Positions 27,315 to 41,388 are shown, counted from the stretch's first letter. The stretch: DNA of 64,000 nucleotides from the human T2T-CHM13v2.0 reference genome, Homo sapiens (GCF_009914755.1 NC_060936.1); one strand, 5' to 3'. Made by a program: numbers and translations. Notes: generated by a model not told the origin, from the sequence alone.

Positions 27315-27554
27315 TAATCTATACATCTAGCCCAGTCCATGCCCCTGTTTCAGACTATTATATCCAACCACCTGCTATACATCTCATAAAGGTATCTCAA
27401 ACACAGCATATCTAAAGCTGAAGTCATCATCTTGCCCTGGTTTTTCCTGTCTCTTTGCTGATGGCATCCCATTTACCCAGTCATTCAAACTGGAAATCTA
27501 AAAGCCTCACTTAGCAAGAGTTTGGAGGCAGAATATGATAAAGAACAAGGACTC

Positions 27555-27812
<258 letters not shown>

Positions 27813-29457
27813 ACAAGGACTCTACAGATAGATAGACATCATATATCATATTAGTTTGAATCCTGGCTGTTAGCTGTTAGACTTGGGCAAATAATTTAAC
27901 CTCAACTTTCCCTATCTATAAAATGGGAATTAAAATATTTGCACCTTATAGGGTTATTGTGAGGATTAAATAGGAACATTGTATAAAGCACTTAAAACAG
28001 TACCTGGGACATACTAAGTAATATAATTGTTAACTCTTACTAGCATTCTGTCCCTTTTATTTCCTAAATATCTCTCATGCCCATCTCCTAAATATCTCTT
28101 TCCTAAATATCTCTCATGCTTTTGGCTTAAGACCTCTTTTCCTCCTTATCTATTGACTGGACTGCGGCAAATGCCTGCTAATCGTTATTTTTGTGTTCAT
28201 TCATTTAGCAAGCCAATTTATTACGCGCTTAGGGTGCTGCCAGGGCTACAAAAGCTGTTGAGACTGTACTTGATATGAAGAAGCTTGCTGATTATCATGG
28301 GAAGACTGACATAAGGAAGCACCATAAAATTCTGCTGTATGAGAGGTATACACGGGATACTGGGGGTTAATAATTGAGGGTATGGTCCATTCAACATGAG
28401 TGAGACAGAAACAATTCATAAAGGAGATGAAATGTCTTGAGGAATGAGCTCTTAGAAGAATAGTTTTCAAATGAGTGTGCATCACAGTCACCTGTAAGAC
28501 TTATTAAAACAGATCGCTGGGCCCTACACCCAGAGGCTGTGGTTCAGTAGGCTGTAGTAAACCAGTAATTTGTATTTCTATGACGTTCCCAGGTTCTAAT
28601 GCTGTTCCCCAAGGCCACACCTTGGAAACCACCACATTAAAATACCCAGAAGGCATTAATTCCCAGTCCTTCCTCTACACAGCTGCAAAACAATGGTCCT
28701 GACCATTTCATCTTTGCACTACATCCTTCACTGTCTCTCTTTTGCCCATAGGATAAGTACAAACTAGATCTGGTTACTGCCTGCCCCACCAGCCTCAGCA
28801 TCTCTCACAACTAGGACTAACTTTTTCTTCTGACAACTATAAAATATTTCCCTTGCCTTCTCAAGTTTGCTCAAGGTCAAGTTATGCCTTTTGCCTGGAA
28901 TGACTTGACTTCTCTTTTGTTTTACTTAGCTGGCTGCTTTTCATCTTGTAGGTTAGGTCAAGGACTCCAGGAAGTCTTCCCTGGACAAGTAATGAAGAGG
29001 GCATAATCCAAGGGCCAACTCCCATGTTTGGAACCTGACTCCATTTTCAGGCACGTAATATTGTCAAATTCCTTTTAAAAGCACCTGTCTGTCTGTTAAC
29101 GTTGGTGCAGATACTGCTATTCCCCTCCTCCATACCATTGCTGATGGTTACTGAGGGTATGGGAAGGGCCGACTAGTCCAGCTGTTCACAAACAGCCCTT
29201 AATGTCAAACTGAATACTGCCAACGTAGTTCCAGTTTCTGTATCTAAAGACTCAGCTTGGAGTCACTTGTCTGGACTAAAAGTAACCCCTCCTTGTCTGG
29301 TTTGTGACTTTCTGTACTCTGATGCCCCCAGCTTTCTGCCTTCTAGAAATTTGTCAGAATTTCCAAAATTCTTGGGCCTTCCTTCTTGCTCTATATATGG
29401 TTTTGGATTCATTCCTTTTAAAAAATATTTACTGTCATTTCAGTAGAATTTTGACAC

Positions 29458-29463
29458 AATAAA
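29458..29463 (+). terminator. distal poly(A) signal AATAAA
   Basis: cacAATAAAtataagcacatcag followed by U/GU-rich element (tttttgcc...tgttatttcttggtctttgg). Confidence 0.65.
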
Positions 29464-29641
29464 TATAAGCACATCAGATTTTTTGCCATCTTGAAGCATC
29501 TGTTATTTCTTGGTCTTTGGTAATGCTTTACTGAGAAACATTATAATATAGTTGTAAAAGCTCAGGCTCTAAACCTGGGTTTAAATCTGGTTCTACCACT
29601 TCTTGAGAGTGGGACTTTGGGCAAATTATTAATGTATCTAG

Positions 29642-30297
29642 TGTTACCAGTGGAGGGGCTTGACTACGAATTGTCCAGGTCCTGGGCATTTTGAACAAAG
29701 AACTGAACAAAACGCGCAAAGTAGCAGAGGAATGAAATGCAGGAATGAAGCAGCAAAAGCAGGAATTTTATGAAAGCGAGAAAGCACTCTACTGGGTGGG
29801 AGTGGGCCTGAGCAAGTGGCTCAAGGGCCCAGTTACAAAGTTTTCTGGGCTTTAAGTATCCCATTTGAGGTTCTTATCATCTACCCCTTATCTGGATGAA
29901 GTATTTGGTCTGTGGCTAAAGGCTGAGGTGAATTGGCACCCTATGCACACGAAGAGATGGTCCCTGTGTGGCCCTCAGCCAATCCAGGGTACTCTTCCTT
30001 TCCATCTCAGATGTGGTGGAAGTGGGAGGGTTGTAGAGAGAGTAGCCTTTGATCCTTAGTTACTTCGCTTGGGGAGATGGGGTTTTTCCCTTTGGGTTTA
30101 GCTTTAGGAAGTTTGTGTTGATTGGCCTTAGGATTCCTGCCCCCAGACCCAGGTATTTTCTTTTAGATCCAGCTCTGGGAAGTCAGCGTGATTTGGCCTT
30201 AGATTTCCTGCCCCCAGACCTTGGTGATTTCTCTTTTAAAAAGTTAGCACAAATTGCCCTTAAGTTCCCTGTCTCCAGAGCCTGTTCTCCTGCCTCA
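29642..30297 (-). mobile_element. ERV1 solo LTR, MER51-like
   Basis: TG...CA termini; 4-bp TSD CTAG (29638-41 / 30298-301); interrupts a MIR. Confidence 0.85.
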
Positions 30298-30333
30298 CTA
30301 GGTCTATTTCCTCATTAGTCAAATTGAGTTATA

Positions 30334-31126
30334 TGTAGTAGTCTGAAAGAAGAGTCTCCCCCAACATACTAAGAAGGTTAACACACACACACATGAGACA
30401 GGGCAGGGACTCCTCTTAGGGGCCTGCCGGATCCCTCCAAGCATGGAAATTAAGGAAAATTCCAAGCACCTAGCTAGCCTTGTGAAGTAAATGAGCAACT
30501 TGATAAGCAAGAAGGTAATAATAGCTTGAACAATAGTCACCCAAGTAAGTTCGAGTCACAAGATGTTTGGTTCCCATAGAAACTAAAAATAACATCTTGA
30601 CACTTGTGCTTGAGTTGTTTTTCAGAAACCTGAACCCCCACCTGATGGAAAATGCTGACTGTCATGTAAACCTCAGTTAAGGAGGAACTGAGGGCTGAAC
30701 TTCTTTGTTCTAAATTTCTATCTGAGGGGCCTGCAGAGTCATACCCTCAGGCCAACCCTTAACATTCCTTTCTGCTGACCCCAAGTTTTTATACAAAGCC
30801 TTGCTTCCTTAACCAATGGTGAATTGAAGAATCTCTGAATCCACCTATCACCTGTAAACCTCTGCTTCGAGATATCTCACCTTTTAGGGCCAAACCAATG
30901 TATAACCTCCATGTATTGATTTATGACTGCCTATAAACTCTGCCTCACCGCCTTTAAAAACCTTTGCATGGAGGGCACTGGGGAGTTTGAGTCTTAAGCA
31001 TTAGCTGCCCAGTTCTCCTTGCTTGGTGCCCTGCAATGAATGCCTACTTTCTCTCAGTGCAGATCTTGGTGTTGGTGTTTGGCTTTGCTGTACCAGGTGG
31101 ATGGACCTAAGTTTGGTTCAGTAACA
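30334..31126 (+). mobile_element. ERV1 solo LTR, MER39-like (subfamily and start approximate)
   Basis: gcacctagctagcc...aagtaaatgagcaacttgataagcaagaaggtaat; ends ggttcagtaaca. Confidence 0.65.
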
Positions 31127-31379
31127 CATAGTAATTACTCAAAAAATATATTTTAAAAAATACATTTATTCATAAGTGACTGACTACAGAACCTTAATAG
31201 TCCACACTGGATTCTTCATGTTACTCCCATTTTCTAAGGGAGGGAAAGGAATGTTATGAAATGTATTTTGAGGGGAATATTCTACTCTTATGTTTTGAGA
31301 ATCCTCTGATGGCTCAATATTAGAAAATATACCAATGTAAAAGTATTAGTGAAGTAGTAAAACTATAAAGACTAGTTGT

Positions 31380-31640
31380 CAGAAACCAGTAATAAATAGT
31401 ATCCTAAACAGTGAAACATTAAAACAATTTTATTTAAAGTCAGAAGATAAACTACTAGCATTATATAGCATTGTATAACATGGTCTTGGAGGTTTCCAAA
31501 AAATGAAATAAAGCGAGAAAATATAATGAATAATGTGAGTTAGAAAGTAAAGCTATCGTTTTTGTGTGTGACATAACCACACACCTAGGAAACCAAGAGA
31601 ATCTAGCAAGAGAAAAGCTTAAAATTGATAAAATGTGCTG
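31380..31640 (+). mobile_element. old L1M ORF2 fragment
   Basis: degenerate RT-region sequence. Confidence 0.5.
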
Positions 31641-31669
31641 AGGTGGATTCTTTCAAAGGACGAACCCTG

Positions 31670-34600
31670 GCATAAATTGAAGATGGTGGAAGAGAAACAG
31701 GAAGTGTGCATGGCTCTGAGAGAGAGGAATGAGAAGGGTGACTACAGCACCTTCAACTGAAACATCCAGGTACTTGCGTTGGGACTAATCAAGGAAACAA
31801 CTTGACACACAGAGAACAAAGAAAAGCAAGGCAGGACAACAGCCCACTTGGGAGTGACACCGAGCCAGGGGAACCTCCCCCACCCAGGGAAGTGGTGAGT
31901 GAATGTGTGACCCTGGGAACCCAGGCTTCTCCCATGGATCATCGCAACGCGGGGATCAGGAGATCTCATGAACACACTTCACCAGAGCCTTCAGTCTGAC
32001 AGACAGAGCTACATAGAGTCTTAGCAGAGTAGCTGCTCAGGCATGGGTGGAGACCCAGAAGCCTTAGAAAATCAAGCTTTCCAGCAAAGTAACCGCAACT
32101 CCTGCAAAGCGGGAGATTAGACCCCCGTATATACCCGTAGGAAAGTGGCTGAATCCAAGAGGCTGCGCAGTGACAGTCTGCAGGCCCCACTTCCACAGCA
32201 TCTCATAGGAGAAGACCCACGGGCTTGGAAATCCAGCCAGCCCCTGGTAGCCGCCTTGCGCCTCCCTGAAATGGAGCTCCCTGGGGGAGGGGTGAGCCGC
32301 CATCTCCGCTGCTGTTTGGGCAATTTAGCCACGCCAGCCTTCAGGCTTTGGAAAGTCCAAGCCGACTGGGGGTGGGAGGGATTTCCCAGTACAGCACAGC
32401 TGCGCTACAAAAATATGGCCAGACTGCTTCTTTAAGCAGGTACCCCAATCCCATTCCTTCTCACTGACTGGGGCCTCCAGCCACCCCTGCCAGTGTTCTC
32501 CAGCTGACAGATACTTGAATTCTCCCTGGGAGAGAGCTCCCAGAGGGAGGGGCAGGCTGCCATCATTGCTGTTTGGGCGACTTAGCTGTTCCAGCCTTTG
32601 GGTTTTGGAGAGTCTGAGCCAACCGGAGGTGGAAAGGGTACCCCAGCACAGCACAGCTGATCCACCAAAATGTGACCAGACTGCTTCAAGTAGGTCCCTG
32701 ATCCTATTCCTCCTCACTGGGTGGGACCTCCTAACCAGGGTCTCCAGCCACCTCCTACAGGTGTGTTTGGGCCGGCAACAGGTCCATACCTCCCTGGAAC
32801 AAAGCTCCCAGAGGGAAGGGCAGGTTACCCATCTTTGATGTTTCACAGTCTGCACTGGACCAGGTACTAGAAAATCTGCAGCAACCAGGGACTAGAGTGG
32901 GTCCCCAGCACAGTGCAACAGCCTGACAGAAAAGTGGCCAGATTGTTACACGGGTGCCATTTCCATATCTCTTGAGGTAGGTCCTCAAGGCCTGGACCTC
33001 TAGCCAACCCCTGCCAGAGCTATTGAGCCAGTAGCAACTCGGGAACTCCCTGACCTGAACAGAGCCTCCAGGGACAACTGAAAGCCTCTCTGCCACTGCT
33101 TCTGCAGTGGAACTGCCCTTGCTACCCTCAGACTAATGAAGGAGCAAAGACCCTAAGTACTTTATCCACCCCTCCAACAAGCTGCAGTCAACCCAAGGAG
33201 AGGAGGCCAGTCTGTCTTACACGGGTCCCACACCCACCGCCCCCAACTGCTCATCACCAAACGGAATCCTTGGATTGGGCCTACAGCACAGACCCTTTAT
33301 CCTGGGTGGACTGCACTGAGAGATTGCTGACCTGCATCTCTCTGGGGTGGGGCCTCAAGGAAACAAGCAAAAGACCCTTGGCCACAATCACTACTAAGGT
33401 CCCTTCTTCATCTGCATACAAGTTGGGGAAGGAATATAAACACAGAGATTGCCTCAGAACTGCAGTGGGCATCCCAGGAACACCAAGCCACAAGCTACAG
33501 CCAACACTCAAGTGGGAGAGGAACCCACACTTTCAGGGCCTTGAAAGGGAACATGACTGCAACTGTGAGGAAACACAGGGGAGCCATACAACTGACCAGG
33601 AGTCTACCAACTGACAAATAATCCTAAATATCACTTGCTGGATTACACTCCAAAGCTTCAACACCAAAAATACCTCACTAACCTACTCTACTCTGAAACC
33701 AGAGACAAGAAGCCAGCTTCAAATAAAGACCCTGCACAAAGCTTCAGCCTGGTGAAAACATCCAGAAAAGAAATCTATTGACTACTCAATCCACACTACA
33801 GCTAAAGGAACACCCACGTGCAGAGATGAGAAAGAATGAACACAAGCAGTCTTGTAACTCAAATGGCCAGAGTGTTGTATATCCTCCAAATTACTTTACC
33901 AATTCTCCAACAAGAGTTCTTAACCAGCCTGAACTGTCTGAAATGACAGAAATAGAATTCAGCATATGGATAGGAATGAATATCGTTGAGATTCAGGAGG
34001 ATGGCAAAACCCAATCCAAGAAAAATTAAAAATTACAATAAAACATTATGGGAGCTGAAAAATGAAACAGCCAGTATGAAAAAGGACCTAAGTGAGTTTG
34101 ACAGAGCTGAATAACACAAGAATTTCACAATGCAATCACAAGTATTAATAGCAGAATTAAACCAAGCTGAGGAGAGAATCTCAGAGCTTGAAGATTGGTT
34201 CTCTGAAATAAGATAGACAAAAATAAAGATAAAAGAATAAAAAGAAATAAACAAAACCTCTGAGAAGTATGGGATTAGGTCAAGAGGCCAAATCTATAAG
34301 TCATTGGCATTCCGGAAAGGAACTGGGAGAAAGCAAACAACTTGGAAAACATCTCAGGATATCGTCCATGAAAACTTCCCCAACCTTGCTAGTGAGGCCA
34401 ACAGTGAAATTCAGGAAATATGGAGAACTGAATGATTTTACACAAGAAGATCATCCCCAAGACACATAATTGTCAGACTTTCCAAGTCCTAAATGAAAGA
34501 AAGAATGTTAAAGGCAGCTAGAGAGAAGGGGCAGGTCACTTACAAAGGGAATCTCATAAGGATAACAGTGGACCTCTCAGCTAAAACCCTGCAAGCCAGA

Positions 34601-34935
34601 AGAGATTGGGTGTCTATATTCAACATTCTTAAAGAAAAAAAGTCTGCAACCAAGAATTTCATATCCAGCCAAACTAAGCTTCCTAAGTGAAGGAGAAATA
34701 AGATTCTTTTCAGATAAGTAAATGTTGAGGGAATTCATTACCAACAGACCTGCCTTACAAGTGATCTTGAAAGGAGCACTAAATATAGAAAGACTGCTAC
34801 CAGCTAATATAAACACACAGACCAGTGTCACTATAAAGCAACCACACAAACAAGCCAATAAAATAACCTGCACAACAAACCCCTGTGACACACGTTTACC
34901 TGTGTGCCCCTGAAACTAAAATAAAAGCTAAAAAA
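31670..34935 (+). mobile_element. old L1PA/PREC-type LINE-1: 5'UTR + degenerate ORF1 + 3' terminus, ORF2 absent
   Basis: 5'UTR start (aagatgg...acagcaccttcaactgaaacatccagg); ORF1 remnants from ATG 33826 (MRKN..., KAAREKGQVTYKG, REFITNRPALQ); L1 3' end and aataaa at ~34865-34935. Confidence 0.88.
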
Positions 34936-35766
34936 TGAGGAAGAATCCCTTTCCAGAAGAGTCTTTTTAAGGGATGGCAGCAAATGGAGGTAGTGCCTGG
35001 GGCTCTTCACTCTAGAACTCATACTTTCTGGTTTCCCTAAACTCACTAGATGGGATATAAACAAGGATCTGACATTGACTTCTTACCCAACACCCGTATC
35101 TGAAGAGAACAGCTGATCTTTCCAGAGGAACACAACCTACAGGCCAAAATAACTTGAAAACTGAAAAGTGGTAAGAGTTTTTGCCTTCTTCATCTTCCAA
35201 AGTTAGCCAAATCTCTGTGTTCTGCATCTGAGTTTTCTTACCTCAAGTATTCATAAGATTTGTGTTTCACGGCTGAAAACAGGCACTATCATGGGCCTTA
35301 AAGACAAACAAATGAAATCCAGTTTTTGTTTGGAAGGAGAATGTTTGGCAAATGAGATGAAGAGAGGTGGGATATAGGAGTATGTCGAGAGAAACCCAAG
35401 GTGGTAGGGAGTTGAGGAAAGAATGAGATTCTCTGTGACTGGGAAAAATGGGAGTTGGGCACATATGTACAACTGTCAGGGAAAGATCTGTGTCCCCACA
35501 CAGTGCTCAAGATTTTGAAAGGGATTGCTGTCTGCCTTATGGATTCCATAGCTTACAGGCCCTTGGAAAAAGATTACTTAGTTCCTCAGAAGAATGGGCC
35601 ACATGGGCTTGGAAACCAAGCATCTCAGTGGTGAAGAACAGAAGGCCCTCATCCCAATCCGTTGTCCTTGGAGCTATTGCCTGTCCCACTTCTATTCAAA
35701 GAATTGTATGCCACTTTGAATAGTGAGATTCTAAGGTAGATTTAATTTGATTTAAAACAAATTTCA

Positions 35767-36075
35767 GGCTGGGCGCGGTGGCTCATGCCTGTAATCCCAG
35801 CACTTTGGGAGGCTGAGGCGGGTGGATCACGAGGTCAGGAGATCGAGACCATCCTGGCTAACACGGTGAAACCCCGTCTCTACTAAAAATACAAAAATTA
35901 GCCAGGCGTGGTGGCGGGCACCTGTAGTCCCAGCTACTTGGGAGGCTGAGGCAGGAGAATGGCGGGTGAACCCAGGAGGCGGAGCTTACAGTGAGCCAAG
36001 ATTGTGCCACTGCACTACAGCCTGGGTGACAGAGCAAGACTCCATCTCTAAAAAAAAAAAAAAGAAAAGAAAAAC
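35767..36075 (+). mobile_element. AluY
   Basis: gagatcgagaccatcctggctaacacgg; TSD-like aaaacaaatttca / aaaacagatttca. Confidence 0.95.
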
Positions 36076-36369
36076 AGATTTCAAAATACTTCGGTTCCCT
36101 GAGCAGATGCCATGTGTTTGGTAGAAGATTCAGCATTGAAGAGAAGAGAAAATTTGCTGAAGGGGTTAATTTCTTTATGATTCCATAAAGAAATAGCAAG
36201 AAAGTAAGGGACTAGGAAGGGGGGAGGGGTAAAAAATTATTGAAGTGTGACATATACAGAGCAAAGATCACAATTCATAAATGTATGGCTGAATGAGTTA
36301 TCAAAATGTTAATATCCCATGTAACTATGTAACTATCACCCTGGACAAGAAAAAGAACATCATCAGCAT

Positions 36370-37530
36370 TTTTCTTGGTCATCTTTATTGTTGCTCCTCT
36401 TCTTGACTAAGATCTTGGGTCTTTTCTCTTTATCTACATTCACTCCCTAGGGGACTCATCAACTCAGCAGTATAGAATTAAATACCATCTATACTGACAA
36501 CTCTCAATATCTCCAATCAGAACTTCTCACCTGAACTTAAGCCCTGTATATACAACTATAGCTACTTAACATCTCTACTTGGTTGTCTAAGTAGCTTCCC
36601 AAACTTGACAGATCCAGAACTGAACTCCTGACTCTCTACCTCATAAATTCTCTGCCTGTAGTGCTCTTCACTGTAGTAATAGCCTCATCCTTCCAGCTAC
36701 TCAATCCAAAAGGCTGCAAGTCATTCTTGATTCCTCCTTTTCTTTCACAGACCATATACAATCTATTAGGAAATCCTGTTTGTTCTGCTTTCAAAATGTG
36801 TCTGTGGCTCTGATCCCCTCTCAGCATTTCTATACTACCAGTCTAGTGTAGTTTATCATAATCTCTGGCTTGCCTGGGTTGCTGTAATAGTCTCCCAACT
36901 ATCCTTGATGCTTCCTCACTTGCTCTCCTCCAATCTAATCTCAAAAGAGCAATCAGTGGTCCTATAAGAAAGTAAATCTCATTACACCATTCCATAGCTC
37001 AAAAGCCTCCACTGGCCTTCCATTTAACTCAGAAAATGCCACACACCTTATTACATACAGCCTACATGGCCCTTCATGATATAATAACCCTCGTTGCTTC
37101 TCTCACTGCATCTCTAGCTACTTTATCCCTTGTTCACTCCGCTAAAGCTACCCTAGCCTCCTTGCTGTTGATTGATCATGCCAGGTGCATGACATTTACA
37201 TTGGCTCTTCCTTCTGCCTGGAACACTGTCCCCAGAGTGCTGTGTCAATGCCAGATATCCACATGGCTCACTCCTTCTGCTTTTTCAAGTGTCTGCCTAA
37301 ATGTCACCAATCCTGCCTTTCTCAATCTCTATTACCCTTTTGTTTCCATACAATAACATTTATCACCTTTAAATGTACAATATAACCTATGGATCATATG
37401 TTCCTTAACTGTCTCCTGGCATAGAACATAAGTTCCATGTGAGCAGGGATTTTGTCTGTTGATTTATTATCTCACTAATGTATAATAAGCACATGGTATA
37501 TACATAAATGATTGAATAAATGAATAAATA
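36370..37530. mobile_element. L2 fragment (approximate)
   Basis: C/T-rich L2 3' region ending ...tgaataaatgaataaat. Confidence 0.65.
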
Positions 37531-37733
37531 ACTTCCATATTTCAAGATATTCCAGGTGGTGGTGCCAAGCATGTAATGTTTGGAAATAATGATTTTTAGT
37601 GTCAGGAACATTGTGATAGCTCCACTTAAGGCTGCTGTTTTTACATGGAGAAATTTTTAATTATTAATTACTCTTTTGAATCAGTATTATAAGCATGGTA
37701 GAAAATTCAATATATTTTTAAAGGTATATATTA

Positions 37734-38054
<321 letters not shown>

Positions 38055-38433
38055 CTAGAGTCTCTTCTTTGAGGCATTGCTCTTAAGTTTCTTGTGTAGT
38101 ATCCCACAAACTGTTTAAGCATATATGAACATATTTGTAGGCATTCTTTTTTTACCCAAATGGTAGCATACTGCCCCTGCCCCTTTTTTCTTCATTTAAC
38201 AATATAGCTTGGAGAACCTTCCATGTTAGTGGAAATAAAAATGTTTCATTCTTTTAAAGTGCTCCTTAATATTCTGTTGTACAAATTTCTCATAATTTAT
38301 GTAGGGAGTTCTATATTGAAGTTGTTTCCAACATATTACTATTTCAAACAATGCTACAATGAAGATTCTTGTACTATTGACATGAAGACATTTTGATGTG
38401 ATCAAAACAAACCAAAAAGAATGAAAAGAAAAC

Positions 38434-39023
38434 ATTTTTATTTATTTATTTATTTTTATTTTAGATTCAGGGGGTACATGTGCAGGTGTGTCACATGGAT
38501 ATATTGCATGATGCTGTGAGCTTCACTTGAACCTGTCACCCGGGCAGTGAACATAGTATCCAATAGGTAATTTTTTGCCTTTTGTCCCCCTCCCTCCTCT
38601 CTCCTTTTGGAGTCACTGGTGTCTATTGTTCCCATCTTTATGTCCGTGTATAGCCAATGTTTGGCTCCCACTTATAAGTGAGCATATTTGGTTGGCTTAA
38701 TTTGTTAATTTCCTTAGGATAATGGCCTCCAGCGGCGTCTGTGTTGCTGCAAAGGACATTATTTTGCTCTTTTTTATGGCTGTGTAGTATTCTATGGTGT
38801 ATATGTACCACAGTTTCTTAATCCAACTCACTATTAATGGACACCTGAGTTTACCCTATGTCTTTGCTATTGTGAATAGTACTGTCATAAACATTTGAGT
38901 GCAGGTGTCTTTTTGGTAAAATGATTTATTTGCCTTTGGGAATATACCTACTAGTGTGATCACTAGGTCACATAGTAATTCATGGTAATTCTTTGTGGTT
39001 CTTTGAGAAATCTCCAAACTGCT
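38434..39023 (-). mobile_element. L1PB-like 3' fragment
   Basis: gggggtacatgtgcagg...; TSD-like aagaaaaca flanks. Confidence 0.85.
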
Positions 39024-39416
39024 AAGAAAACATATTTTAACTTTAGGTTAAAATTTTTTTTTAATTATTAACTAATTTGTACATGAGATGCTCTTTTCTT
39101 TCCTTTTTGGTTGGTTTTGGCCATATTAAAATGTCCTTATTATAAGTACAAAATATTGGACCTTACCACATCATAAACTACCAACCCTGGAGTGTGACGG
39201 GATCAATCTGAGTTAAATGGTCTCTAAACATATTTTCTATCACTAAACACATGTTATATTGTGCTCCACTCTGCTTCCCAGTCCTCAAACTTTGTTCTGC
39301 CCCATCAGGGATGGGAGGGAGTTAAGAATCATCTTGCAGAGAAGCCACGTAACCAGGAGTTTACTGCACTGCCATCCATTGTTCTAGGCCAAAGTGTCTG
39401 TGCATTTTCTTTTTTG

Positions 39417-39455
39417 CTTTCTTTCTTTTCTTTCTTTCTTTTCTTTCTTTCTTTT

Positions 39456-39507
<52 letters not shown>

Positions 39508-39654
39508 TTTCTTTCTTTCTTTCTTTTTCTTTCTTTCTTTCTCTTTTTTCTTTCTTTCTTTTTCTTTCTTTCTCTTTCTTTCCTTTCTTTTTCTTTCTTT
39601 CTTTCTTCTTTTTTTCTTTCTTCTCTTTCTCTCTCTCTCTTTTTTCTTTTTTTT
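39417..39654. repeat. (CTTT)n compound microsatellite, 238 nt of pure pyrimidine
   Basis: no purine on + strand across the interval; derived from the tail of the adjacent Alu. Confidence 0.97.
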
Positions 39655-39931
39655 GGAGATAGAGTCTCACTCGGTCGCCCAGGCTGGAATGCAGTGGCAC
39701 AGTCTCGGCTCACTGCAACCTCCACCTCCTGAGTTCAAGCTATTCTTATGCCTCAGCCTCCCAAGTAGCTGTGATTACAAGCACATGCCACATACCCAGC
39801 TAACTTTTTGTATTTTTCGTGGAGATGGGGTTTCACTGTGTTGGCCAGGCTGGTCTCGAACTCCTGGCTTCAAGTGATCTGCCCACCTTCGTATCCCAAA
39901 GTGCTAGGATTACAGGCATGAGCTATCATGC
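39655..39931 (-). mobile_element. Alu, antisense
   Basis: TSD tgtctgtgcattttct brackets Alu plus microsatellite. Confidence 0.92.
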
Positions 39932-40067
39932 TGTCTGTGCATTTTCTGATAATCTTTTGTATCTTGAATAGTTTGAGTTTTTGGTTTTTAAAAAATATTA
40001 CTTTATTTCTCTTTTAAAATTATTAATAATGTACTTTTTACTAATAAGTCCCTGCTTAATAACGAAA

Positions 40068-40202
40068 CTTTTTTTTTTTCTTTTTGATACACGGTCTCAC
40101 TCTGTTGCCCAGGCTTGTCTTGAACTCCTGAGCTCAAGTGATCTGGCTGCCTCGGCCTCCCAAAGTGCTGGGATTACAGGCATGAGCCACCATGCCTGGC
40201 CA
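40068..40202 (-). mobile_element. Alu monomer (FLAM-like)
   Basis: single monomer. Confidence 0.8.
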
Positions 40203-41072
40203 AATGAAACATTCTATTTTCAATCTCAAGATCATGAAAATGGACTATAGCTCTTAGGAGTTATGATTACACTATTGTTTACCTTCCTATATCCTGAGGA
40301 TGAGAAGATGTTGCTGGTTGTGGTAGTAGATATCTAGGCCACAATATGATCCCTTAATCTCAAGTCTGGATGGCATATGTAATCCTCAATTAAATTTCTA
40401 ACAGATACTTTGACCTACGAACATATTTTATATTTAAGATTCAAAAACTCTTTCAAGATGTTTTGGGAGAAAAGATTGGGACATCATTAGAGGCTTACAC
40501 AAATTGGACAGACTTTAAAAAATGTATATATATATATATATATACTTAAAATAATGGTAATATATAGTGTGAAAAAATCCAAATAATATAGAACTTAAAG
40601 AAAATGTGAGTCTCATGTAGTCTGGGTTGCGTTAATGGATGCAGTAGGGATCAGTAAGTTGTACACATAATTATTTGGTAATAAAAAATAAAATCCCAGA
40701 GACTTATACATTTTTTATAGGGCTACTTTGATTCAGGAGTGTTAAAATTGCTGTATCAAACTGACCTAATATATGGTGTCATTTTGACTCTTTTGCTCTG
40801 AGACTACCTTTGTCTTTGTCTTCCTTTCTCTTTCACTTTTCTTTCCTTCCTGGCCAAACCATAATCCTACCCGCCACATTTTACCTTTGCCCTCCACCAC
40901 AAGCCCTCAGTGTCTTCTTTCTCTGGCCCTTTACCTAATTCTTCTATCCCCAACAGTCAAAGCATGATAAAAGTATAGTAAGCTATATTTTTTTAGATTA
41001 CATTTCTTAATTTTTCTACTTCCTTGGGTGTTATTACATATCTTTGGTGATGAAGAGTTGTGGTGAAAATAA

Positions 41073-41388
<316 letters not shown>

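Noticed and set aside
31742-33614. Cluster of 65-176 aa ORFs on both strands
   Set aside because: Lie in the GC-richer L1 5'UTR, where stop codons are scarce; no recognisable protein
39261-39732. Long K/E/R-rich and F/S/L-rich ORFs
   Set aside because: Translation artefacts of the (CTTT)n microsatellite and adjacent Alu
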